Of a DNA stretch of 64,000 nt, positions 48,051-59,540 are shown piece after piece. Made by a program: the position numbers and the translations under genes. This DNA is from Octopus sinensis. Lineage: Eukaryota. Position 1 is the first letter of the stretch. Every line of letters starts with the position of its first letter. Where the stretch lies: assembly GCF_006345805.1 (NCBI RefSeq), contig NC_043005.1, positions 34,596,001-34,660,000 of the forward strand, given 5' to 3'. A model generated the notes under the pieces. That model was not told the DNA's origin. It did not search any database and worked only from the letters and a program-made list of their open reading frames with translations.

Positions 48051-49773
48051 GATCACAAATCTCCAACAAACAGTAATGTAAAAATCTGAGTAACAGTTTG
48101 TGAAGATTTTTTCAGCTTTAATAAAAAGCACGTTACTCTACCTTTGGTATTCAAGTACTAGTTTTCCCACCTTGTTAATTTAGGAGATTGACTGTTGCAT
48201 ATATATAAAAAATATATATATATGCACAATTAGATAGTTAGATACATACATATGTGTGTGCGTGTTTGGGACAATAAATGAAATAAATAGAACTTTAAAA
48301 CATGAGTAGATGTATTTTATTCTTAATTGATTTAAATTAAAATGTAACTCAAGGACCTAGAGTTTCAGAAACTCACAAATCTTAACCCATTTTGTTGCTT
48401 TTGGTGATTAAAAAACAAATAATAATAATTATATATCTATATACATCTAAACAGTTTAAAATTGCATGCCATATATAGAAGTGTATGTTGTGTGTGTGGC
48501 TATAAAAGGGTATTAAATTTAAAACTGTTAAAGGAGACAAAGTGTTAGTAAAACCAAATGTAAAAGGCTTATAATACAACCTCAAGGCTAAGGTTAAATT
48601 ACGTAATTCAGCTGGACTTAGTATATAAAAGGTAAAATGATATTCTCAGTTTTCAGGAAATTACTCAGTTTACAGGAGACAAAAGAGCCTACAGCATAGT
48701 AGTAATTTAATAACTAATTCTAATATGTTACTAAATTGTAACTGTAAAAAGGTTAAAAAGAAGAGGAAAATAAAACCACTGTTCGAGGACAGCTGACTCT
48801 AATCCTTCTCATAGAAATCAAAATGAGAATAACTCTAGCTCCATGATACAAACTACCTGTTTTAAAGAGACCTAAGTTAAAACCTGCCATCAAAATTTCA
48901 TGTTAATTTATGTTTGAAACATCAGCTTAATAATAACAAGAGTTATACACTAAATTCTTCATTATTTTAAAATTAATTGAAACACAATCAGTCTATTTCA
49001 AGAGAAATATGGTAACAAAAGGGCTAAAGGTATAATACACTTAGGAGCTTTAAAGTAATATTCATCTGAAAGTTAGACAGGTTAGGTGTTCTCTGGATCT
49101 GAGTTCAAGTGATTAGATTTCAGAAGCCCAAGGCAGATACGTTTGTGAGTTGTAATTTGTCTAAAGCTAATCTCTGCACTCACATTGATGTTGCTTATTT
49201 TAGTTCACAAAACAACAATGGCTTTACATTGAAACACTGAAGCTTTACACAGTTAGTGGGACTAAAAATAAATTGACCCTGACCAGAGAGATAGCAAGAG
49301 AGGGGATAAATGGGGCAGGCATGTCACCACACATGCAGGTTTGAAGGGGTGCCTGTTAATTAAGGAGTAGGAGGGGAAGCAGCAGCAGTGAATTTACCCT
49401 CCTCCCCCTGACAATGAGAACTCTTGCCACCTCACTGCAGAGTGGTACCAAAATAGATGTAAAGAATGTTACCAAATAGTAATGACATGAAAAGCATGAG
49501 ATGTTTTTCTTGTTTATGATGACAATGAAATAAAGTAAAACTACTTTTTAAAATTAGATCCTTCCTACTGCAGGCACAAGGTTTGAAATTTATGGGGAGT
49601 GGGTTAGTCAGTTATATCAACTCTAGTGTTCAACTGGTACTTATTTCATCTATCCTGAAAAGATGAAAGGCAAAGTTGACCTCAGTGGAATCTGAACTCA
49701 GACCATAAAGAGCAAGAAAAATACTGTGAAACAGTTTTGTCTAACATGCTAATGCTTTTGCCAGCTTGCTGCC

Positions 49774-49831
<58 letters not shown>

Positions 49832-49889
49832 TGATGATAATAATGATAATGATGATGATGTTGATAGTAGTAGTAGTAGTAGTAGAAGT

Positions 49890-50345
49890 AGTAGTACTGT
49901 CCAGTATAGGATGCCACACTTGGTTGGCAATTATATGTTACGATTCCGTACTGCTACTGTTTATATTTTGCTCAGAGATTTAATATAGCTTATTTCTCCT
50001 TTTTTGAGATCAGTGACAGTTTGTCGCTGGAAAAAGCATAGAGAATTTTGCAAGTGGAATGAGTTTTCATCACTAGCCTGTGATTAGCACATGCTAAGGA
50101 AAGGTAATCACCCAGAAACTCAAGTCTGTGCGTATCACATAAGGCTAGAGATGGGAGCGATGACCTCCCCTCACAAATACTAATCGGACACAGAATGTGT
50201 GTTGTTAGCCAACTGGAAGAGATGTCTTTCTGGGGCTATAAAAGTCAGTAGCACTGTCCTGTATAGGATGCCACATTTGATTAGCAATTATATGTAACAA
50301 TTCCATACTGCTACTGTTTATATCTCGCTCAGATTTAATATAGCT
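49890..50345. repeat. ~100-bp direct repeat pair with a ~255-bp spacer
   Basis: 49890-49990 versus 50247-50345: agtag(t/c)actgtcc(a/t)gtataggatgccaca...tactgctactgtttatat...tttaatatagct. Confidence 0.8.
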
Positions 50346-50838
50346 AAAAATAATACTCCTTTCTAGTAAAAGCACAAGGCCAGAAATTTTTTTCGGGGGG
50401 GTGGGTCTAGTTGAGTATACCAACCCCAGTGTGTAACTGGTACTTATGTTATTGACTTCAAAAAGAGGAAAGCAAAGTTGATCTTAGTAGAATTTGAAGA
50501 TGGATGAAATGCCGCTAAGTATTTTGTCTAGCCTGGTAAATTCTATACACTGTAAGGTTTCTTTAGCAGATGACATGACATGGGATTAGATCTCAGCAAA
50601 ACTGCCAATTTCCTGCCACATTATTTTCATGTATGCCTGTATGTGTGTGATGAATCTTGTTGATGAGGCTGAAGAACTGCAAGTGAAAACAACCAATTCT
50701 ATAGAAGTATAGTTTGATACAAAAAAAATTGCCAAGTGTATGAACATGAAAATCAAAATGATGATGTGTATATTTATTCTTAATATGTCTTGGGAGATTT
50801 GAATAAGAATATTCTAATCGCTGGTGTGTTTCATCATC

Positions 50839-53390
50839 AGAGAAGAAATTTACAGATGAATGTGTATCTGGCGCAAAGTCCCATCCAGACCTAGAGTAAT
50901 GTGGTGGTGGAATAATACAGTAGACAAGGTCATTAGAGCAAAGAAACAGGCTTGGAAAGCCTGAAAGAGTAGGGGTAGCAGGGAACTGTACCAGATAGCC
51001 AGAAGGGAGGCTGAAAGACAGGTATATCTAGCCAAGGGAGAAGAAGGAAAGAATTACTTTGCCAATGTTCAGCAATGTGAGGACCAAAGAACTGAAGTAT
51101 TTCAGATTGCAAGACAGTGTGTGAGAGAAAATTGTGATGCCACAGGAGAGAAATGTGTCCGCATGGATGATGGAGCACTTGCTTTTACAGATTCTGCAAA
51201 GAAAGAGGCTTGGAGCAGCCATTATGAAAGGCTGCTGAATGTGGGGAATGAATGGGAGAAGGAGAGTCTGCCAAATATTGACATAATAGAGGGTCCAGCT
51301 ACCCAAATACATAGCACCCTGGTAGATAAAGCAATTAAGGATATGAAGGCAGGAAATGCCCCCAGCCCATCAGGAATCATTGATGAGATGCTTAAAGTAC
51401 CTGGTGGTATGGGTTATGGCCTAGTCACTCATATTGTAAACCAAATAGTTCACGAAGGAGTCATACCCAATGATAAGCATAGTAGCACCATAGTCAACTG
51501 CTACAAAGGTAAAGGCGATGCTTTAGATAGAAATAACTGCAGGGGTATCAAACTACTGGATCAGGTGATGAAGGTCATGGAGAGTGTCATAGACCAACTA
51601 AGTAGGGAGAGAGTCAGCTTAGATGAGATGCAGTTCGGTTTTGTGCCAGGTGGAAGCACCACTGATGCTATATTCCTGGTACGGCAACTGCAGGAGAAAT
51701 ACCTAGCCAATGATAAAGCCCTATACTTAACTTTTTTTGACTTGGAGAACACCTTTGACAGTGTACCCCGATCCCTTACCTGGAGGTCAATGTAGAAACT
51801 GGGGATAGACGATTGGTTAATAAGAGCTGTGCAGGGATGCTGTTAGTAAAGTAAGGGTCAGCAATGAGTATAGTGAAGAATTCCGGGTAGAAGTAGGGAT
51901 TCACCAAGAATCAGCCATCAGTCCCCTTTTATTTGTCATAGTCCTCCATGTAATAACAGAGGAATTCAAGACAGGTTGCCCCTGGGAGCTCCTCTATGCT
52001 GATGATCTTGCCCTCATATCAAAATTACTATTAGAACTATAGAAGAAATTTCAGGTGTGGAAGCAAGGTTTAGAATCGAAGGGCCTTAGAGTCAATGTTG
52101 CAAAGACCAAATCCTAGTAAGTAGGAAGGCGAACACATCACACACCCCTTCAAGTAGGTGGCCCTGCTCAATCTGTAGAAAAAGTGTAGGTAGAAACTCC
52201 ATAAGATGTACCGAGTATAAGCTATGGGTGCATAAGAGGTGCAGCAACATCAAAGGAAGATTAACTGGGAAGATAGATTTCATGTGCGGCAGATGCACAG
52301 GTGCAATAAACACCGCAGATGCTCAGAAAACTGATTCCAAAAGATACTAGGGGGAGAAACTAGAAATAGTTGATAGCTTCTGAGTCTGTAGTGGGGGTGG
52401 ATGCTTGGAGAGCATTGCCACTAGAATAAAAATAACCTGGGCAAAGTTTGGAAACCTCCCACCTCTACTGGTAACAAAGGGCCTCTCGCTTAGAGTGAAA
52501 GGTAGATTGTATGAATCATGCATGGAAACTGCCATGCTACATGGCAGTGAAACATGGGCCATGACTGCTGAAGACATGCGTAGGCTTGAAAGAAATGAAG
52601 CTAGTATGATCCACTGGCTGTGTAATGTCAGTGTGCATACACTACAGAGTGTAAGTGCTCTGAGAGAAAAGTTGGATTTAAGAAGCATCAGATGTGGTAT
52701 GCATGAGAGACATCTGTACTGATATAGTCATGTGCTGCATATGAATGAGGGGAGCTGTGTGAAAAAGTGTCACTCCCTAACTGTGGAAGGAACCTGTGGT
52801 AGAGGGAAACATAGGAAGACATGGAATGAGGTGGTGAAGCATGACCTTCAAACGTTGGACCTCACATAGGCAATGATGAAAGACTGAGACCTCTGGAGAT
52901 ATGCTGTGATTGAGAAGACCTGGCAAGTAAAGTGAGATCACAGCCATAGCCTATACCAGTGTTGCATAACCAGCCAATTTAAAAAGTACCTTTGAATCAT
53001 TGGGTGATATTCCATGCTTGAGGAGACCTATTGAGTCAAGTAAAATCAAAATACAAACAAAATCAAATCAAATCACAGTCAAATGGAATTGAAGTTGTGG
53101 CTGATGCCAGTGTCACATGACTGGCTCTCATGCTGGTGGCATGCAATAAGCACCATGCATGCATGGGTTGTTGCCAGTGCTACCTGACTGGATCCCCATG
53201 CCGGTGGCACGTAAAAAGCACCCACTACACTCTCAGAGTGGTTGCTGTTAGGAAGGGCATGAAGCTGTAGAAACACTGCCAGATCAGATTGAAGCCCAGT
53301 GCGGCCTCCTCGCTTGCCAGTCCCCAGTCAAACCATCCAATCCATGCCAGCATAGAAAATGTACATTAAACAATGATGATGATGACGATA
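50839..53390 (+). mobile_element. RTE-clade LINE, 5'-truncated, with RT pseudogene
   Basis: ORF 51121..51795 (224 aa) reads KAPSPSGI...KGKGDALDRNNCRGIKLL...QFGFVPGGSTTDAIF. YADD is at 51995-52006 and the tail is at 53375. Confidence 0.93.
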
Positions 53391-53419
53391 CTGCTGAAGA
53401 CCAGAAGCAAATTAAAAGA

Positions 53420-53820
53420 ACAAGATACTGATGCATTGGTTTCAAGTTTTGGTACAAGGCCAGCAACTTCAGAGGAGGGGCTAAGTTGATGACATCGACC
53501 CTAGTGTTCAACTGGTACATATTTTATCGACCTTGCAAAGATGAAAGGAAAGTTGACCCCAACAGCATTTGAACTCAAAACATAAAGACAGACGAAATGC
53601 TGCTAAGCACTTTAACCAGCATGCAAACAATTCTGCCAGCTCACCACCCTACAAGATTCTGAAATACTGGCTCCAAATATTGGCACAAAGCCTGCAATTT
53701 GGGGGATGGGGGATAAGTTGATTACATCAACCCCAGTACTCAACTGACACTTATTTTTTCAACCCTGAAAGGATGAAAGGGAAAATTGATTTTGACAGTA
53801 TTTGAACTCAGAACATAAAA
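53420..53820 (-). mobile_element. Two tandem tRNA-derived SINE (family B) copies
   Basis: Both carry aaagatgaaagg(a/g)aa...gcatttgaactca motifs. The head is aattctgccagctcacc. Similar copies lie at 49560-49775, 50345-50530, 36660-36860 and 36995-37215. Confidence 0.7.
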
Positions 53821-53867
53821 ACAGTTTGCTGCTCTACAAGATACTCAAATATTAATCAAACAACTAA

Positions 53868-53919
<52 letters not shown>

Positions 53920-54844
53920 CAAAGGAAATCTATTATGGCTATCATGAGAGGATAAAATAAAAGACTGACTAGTTGTAAAAATAATCATACAGGGAATAAG
54001 AAATGGCAATTCAATTAGCAATGCTCAAGAGAAATTTGAATTCATGAACTGTGGGTTCAGCTGTATTGCTCTCTCTCCTTATATCCAGCAACTTCACCTC
54101 TCTGGCATCTCTACTTGCAATAAAACTGCCCTTTCTCCTTGTACACAATAATTTCACCTCACCGTTTGGCTATCAGAAAATCAATCAATCAATAAATCAA
54201 TGAAAGAACATTACTACTCAGACAACGTGACCAAACCTCAATGGTTTATTTATTTATTATTTATTTTTTTTTACAGTTCAGTTATTCCAATTTAGAATAT
54301 AGTAAATATGGTTCAAATGGAATTGTCTCATGGTAGTTCTCTTAGACTATCTTAGGAAATAGTCTGTGAATCTTAACAATTACATACTTACTGACTTGTA
54401 CAGTTTTTACCATGATATTGTTATATTGTATGTATAATCGATACAGTTTGTCTCTATATATTAGATTATAATAGAGAGTATATGTCATCATACATTATTT
54501 CTGTGTCACAGGTCATGTTGATTTTAAACAACCCCCTCATCCAGTTGACCATGATCAAAGTGCTCCACTACACTATGATCATTATTTTTTAATATCAAGG
54601 AATATATTATCCTATGCCCTTGCACTTCACCAATGTCCCTTTGTTAATATATTCACTCATATATGACACAGACTGTTTTATATCCAGAAGTATGATACTA
54701 AAAACAAAAGCAACGAATACACTTTTCATCCTTTTTACTGGTTCCCATCATTTATTTAAAGTCATAATGGAGCACTGCTTTATTTAGTTGATCATTTCAA
54801 TCTCATATTTACATCATCAATTTCATATTGTCAACTACTAAATT

Positions 54845-54915
54845 ACAGAATTACAGAAACCAAGCCCAAAACAGACAATGGAACCTGTTTTATGGCTTGG
54901 TTTCTGTAATTCTGT
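54845..54915. other. 71-nt near-perfect hairpin (pre-miRNA-like or mini-MITE)
   Basis: 22-bp perfect outer stem, 1x2 internal loop, 7-bp inner stem and 10-nt loop. Confidence 0.85.
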
Positions 54916-55913
54916 TAACAAGTGAAATAAACATCAGAGATGCTATGCCTCTTGCAGAAACTGCAGGAGCCACTCAGAGGTTTTGCAAGTTATCTAAATC
55001 CAATGCGATACTGGAAACACTTCTGTATCATCAGCAGGCATCTCAGGGTCACAAGCATATCACCCCTTAGCCTTTATACTTTACCAAAGTGGGGTAGCAA
55101 GGACTGAGCTAGTCTTCATCTACAGAAGAATTCCACTTGTGGTCTCTTATCAACCATAACCATCTTGAGCTAGTTTCAGCTGCCTATTTCCTTGGTGGCT
55201 TTCTTCAGTTGTTTGGGTCCCAGATCTATCTCCAGCAGGAAATAGGACATGGATCTAGATAGAAAGCCATGACAGTTGACTTCAGTGGGGAATGAGGCCA
55301 CATGCCAGTGTTTGACAAATCTTGATATTTTGAATTCTTTACGTGATGGGAAATATCAAGTCTGTCCTCCCAGGGCACTGCAAGTTTGACCACAATCATT
55401 GCTTTTGTATTCCTGGAGAGCAGGAATATACATTATAGATAGTGTGTCATCAACCACATGGTTCCAGGTTTCGTTCTACTGCATGGTACCTTAGGTGAGT
55501 GTCTACTTATAGCCACGGACCAACAAAAGCGTTGTGAGTAGATTTGATAGACAGAAACTGAAAGATTCCTGTCATAATAATAATACACACACACATAATT
55601 GAGCATGTCCTCCACTACTGACAACTGATGTTAGTGTGTTTATGTTCCTGTAACTTAGTGATTTGGCAAGAGAGCTTAATAGAATAAATATTAGGCTTTA
55701 AAAAAAGTACTAGGGTCAACTCATTTGGCAAAAAATTCTTCAAGGAAGTGTTCCAGTGTGGCTGTAGTCTAATGTCTGATACACGTAAAAAAAAAAATAC
55801 ACACCCATACATAGGAACATTTAATGACATTCTCGTAATTTTTGAATGCCCACACAGATACACACACATATTAGCTGACAGCAAGACAGTAGTTAATCTA
55901 CAGTCTTTGTTTT

Positions 55914-56376
55914 AATATTGGTTTCAAATTTTGGCAAAAGGTCAGCAATTTCATGGGAGGGGTAAGTTGATCACATCAAGCAAGTGTCCAATTGGACACT
56001 TTATTGACCCCATAAAGATGAAAGGCAAAGTTGACTTTGACTGAATTTGAACTCAGAACATAAGGGCAAATGAAATGCCACTAAGCATTCTGTATGGCAT
56101 GCAAACAATTCTGCCGAATTACTTCCCTATCTTTGTTTTAAATATTAAACATTGTTAAGGCAGTGAGCTGGCAGAATCATTAGCACACCAGGCAAAATGC
56201 TTAGCAGCATTTCATCTTTCTTTATGTTTTGAGTTCAAATTCCACTGAGGTCAACTTTGCGTTTCATCCTTTTAGGGTTCATAAAATAAGTACCAGCTGA
56301 ACACTGGTGCTATTGTAAATGATATAACCCCTCCTCTAAACATACTGGCCTGGTGCCAAAATTTGAAACCAAAATT
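55914..56376. mobile_element. Head-to-head inverted pair of family-B SINEs
   Basis: The minus copy (55914-56128) and the plus copy (56157-56376) are separated by ~28 nt. Confidence 0.78.
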
Positions 56377-56806
56377 ACACAATGTTCATGAATATGATTA
56401 AACTATCAGGGAGATGTTTCAAGTCCAGCTATGTATTGGAGATAGAAAAATAAGTGCTGTATAAATTTCAACATTCCTCTGCAGCTTTTACACATAAGTT
56501 TTATATACAGAGGTTTTATGTATAGACAATAACTGTCTTAAAAGGATTATCATATAAAATTCACAAAAGGTGTACTTAGATGCTACACAAAGACTGAATT
56601 TTTAGCAGTGCTTTACAAATACTGTGATCTTTTAGCAGTATAATGGACAAGACAGACATTTTGATATTCAATTTGCACTGAATAGTTTTAACATTGTTGT
56701 GTGTGTGTGTGTTTATTTGAACACGACACTTGACTGTTAAGTACTGACTAGGATGGCTTTTAATATTATAATGTGATATCTTATATATAACTGACATGGT
56801 GTGTGG

Positions 56807-56842
<36 letters not shown>

Positions 56843-56982
56843 CGGGAAGCTTTATGAAAATAAACAAAAGACGAAGGCAGGTGGAAAACAAACGAACAAT
56901 TGTATTAGTATGGCGCTCAGGAAATATAAATAAAACAATCTATATATAGATAGATAGATGCATACATACATGCATTTATATA

Positions 56983-58234
56983 TCAGGTCAACCCATAAGT
57001 TCTGTTCGATTTCACTCTTTTTGAAATTGAATGAAATTTAATAGTATTTTAGAATGTCTAATGGAATTAAAAGTTATTTTTATGCATTTGTGTACATTTA
57101 AAGAAATTAAATATTATTTTACAGAATAATAGAATTAAAATTTCTTTGATTAAAACCCTTTCTAACATGGAAGTATCCAAAGAGCATTTGAGGCACATAA
57201 TGCTTTATGTGTACAAAAAAGGAAACTCTGCAGCAGAAGCAACTTAAAAGATACACTCAGTTTATAGGAAAGAATGCTTGAATGAAATAACTTGCAGAAG
57301 ATGATTTGCAAAATTCAGAAGTGGAAATTTCAGCCTTGAAGATGAAGATCGAACAGGACATCCAGTTGAGTTTGATGATAAGCTCCTTGAGGCATTACTT
57401 GAAGAAAATCCTGCATTATGAGTTGAAGAATTGGCAATAGAGCTTAGTTCAAATCATACAACTATTCATTATCTTCTTCAACAACTTGGAAAGGTTCCTA
57501 AACTTGGAAAATGGGTGCCTCATGAATTTTCCAAAAGCAACTGCAAATCCTGAGTTGACATCTGCTCTTCTCTCCATTCTCATGAACTCATTTCACCCTT
57601 TTTGGATAGACTTGTAACTTGTGACAAAAAATGGATCTTCTATCGAAATGTGAAACATCATAAATACTTACTTGGTAAAAGGGAAAAAGCTCAACTACAA
57701 CTGAGAAGGGAACTTCATGGAAAAAAAGGTTTTTTCTCACTATCTGGTGGGATTACAAAGGAGTAATTCACATCAAATTGTTACCACCTAAAGCAACAAT
57801 TAATGCTCAAGTCTACTGTCAGCAATTAGAGCATTTGAAACAAGCTTTGAAGAAAAACAGACACGCTTTAGTGAATCGAAAAGGAGTGTTGTTTCATCAG
57901 GACAATGCGTGACCCCAGACTGCAAAGATCACATCACAGAAGATCGAAGAGCTTGGTTGAGAAAAAATTCCTCATCCACCTTATTCTTCCGACTTTGCTC
58001 CTTCAGACTACCATTTTTTTCGTAGTTTATGGAATCATTTGGGTGACATAACTTTTACAAGCCAGGAGGAGGTTGAAACTGACATTTCAGAGTTCTTCAC
58101 TAAGAAACCAAAAGAGTTTTACATTGATGGGATTAAAAAGCTTGTAAATAGATGGAAGGAAGTCAATCAGGGAAAGTACATTGATGATTAAATTTCAATT
58201 AAATATAACATTTGATCACTTGATTTCTTTATTC
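56983..58234 (+). mobile_element. Near full-length mariner with transposase pseudogene (57167-58191)
   Basis: TA|TCAGGTCAACCCATAAGTTC TIR. Encodes MEVSKEHLRHIMLY..KKGNSAAEA, KWVPHEF, LVTCDKKWIFY, HQDNA, PHPPYSSDFAPSDYH and GKYIDD*. Several stops are present and the 3' TIR is replaced by another insertion. Confidence 0.92.
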
Positions 58235-58416
58235 AATGTCCTCATCTTGTTTGTTGTTCACAGAACATTTCGGCTGATATATCCTCCAGGCTTCATCAGG
58301 TGTCTTGGGGAAATTTTGAACCTGTGTTCTCATTCCTAAGGTATTTTTCGATGTTGTTTCGAACTTGAAATCTTGGGGCTAGTAGCCCGTGCTCGTAACC
58401 ACTACGCCATATGCCC
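58235..58416 (-). mobile_element. tRNA-headed SINE-like element ending in a minimal hammerhead motif
   Basis: A box TGGCGTAGTGG at 58409-58399 (nt 8) and B box GTTCGAAAC at 58364-58356 (nt 53). ACAC CTGATGA A GCCTG gaggatatat CAGCC GAAA TGTT CTGT follows at 58303-58260. Confidence 0.7.
58260..58304 (-). ncRNA. Degenerate minimal type I hammerhead ribozyme
   Basis: The CTGATGA and GAAA cores are intact. Stem II is 4/5 paired, stem III is reduced to A-T-G-T, and stem I is 3/4 paired. Confidence 0.6.
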
Positions 58417-58519
58417 ATTTATCCTCATCATCGCTGGAGTCAGAAGAGTTGGAAAGATGGCGTTGTCTTTCCACAAGATGTCGTCTTCTGTGCCGTTGAG
58501 TGTGTTGGATATGCAGCAC

Positions 58520-58695
58520 TTCAGGAAAGCCCACTACCCTCATGGAGCGGTTGGTGTTAGGAAGGGCATCCAAATGTAGAAACACTGCCAGATCAGACTG
58601 GAGCCTGGTGCAGCCTCCTGGCCTCCCAGTCCCCAATCGAACCATCCAACCCATGCTAGCATGGAAAACGGACGTTAAACGATGATGATGATAAT
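58520..58695 (+). mobile_element. Short RTE tail copy
   Basis: Contains ggttggtgttaggaagggcatcc...ccatgctagcatgg...gttaaacgatgatgatg. Confidence 0.85.
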
Positions 58696-59540
58696 GATTT
58701 ACATAGATATATTACAAAAAAAACAAATACACCAGTGCAATTACCAGTACTTTAAGGTATGGTAGTGAAATTCCAGTTGACTTGATTTATATTCCTTTGT
58801 AGCTTTGAAACTTACCTTTCCCAGTTCAAGATGACTCTGAATAAATGCACTTATCTCCCCTTATATGAAATAATTTTTCATATTTCATTTTAATTTACTT
58901 GTTACCTAATAAATGCATTTCATCAATCACATTCAAGAATAAAGCACAGCTCTCCCTCTCTCTCATTTTCCTATGCTGTGTGATAAGTCATACATCTGGG
59001 TCACAAAACAACAGTTGTTTACATCATAGACTTGGGGATTACCGAACTTGTAGGTAATTTGTGGTAAATCAGAGGGTGAGTGGAAATTGCGAACAGCTGT
59101 CAATTATAGTGCATTTGTTGGACAAAAGGAAAATCTTTACAGAAATTCTCGCTAATTTTCTACCAGCACACATCTCTCTTCTACAGGGCTGCAGCACCAT
59201 CAAAGCAGAGGCTGTGATTGAGATGACACCAGTGCACACTGGTTTGAAATGCGTAATGTTATAAGAGCATATGATGGACAAAATGGACAATGACATTGAA
59301 ATAAGACTATTTAAACAGATTTTTTTTTACTAGTTTTAATGGCAAGAATTGTAAGGGGAGCTGGTACCATGTGAATCTTGGATAATTACATGAAATAATT
59401 TGGGGGTTTTAGACCGACTTTTCCTTGTACCCATGTATAAGCTGCACCTCCCTTTTCCTGGATTTTCCCATCAGAATAAAAGTGCAGTTGATACACCAGC
59501 AAATACGGAATATATATATATATATATATATACATACACA

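Noticed and set aside
51121-51795. Longest RT ORF (224 aa) as an active retrotransposon gene, and ORF 30346..30879 as a domesticated ZMYM/hAT gene
   Set aside because: Both are flanked by stops and frameshifts within recognisably decayed elements, and no splice signals join them to host exons.
58352-58416. Functional tRNA gene (anticodon ACT)
   Set aside because: The 3' acceptor strand is missing, the D and T stems are imperfect, and Ser(ACT) is not a standard eukaryotic isoacceptor. Treated as a SINE head.
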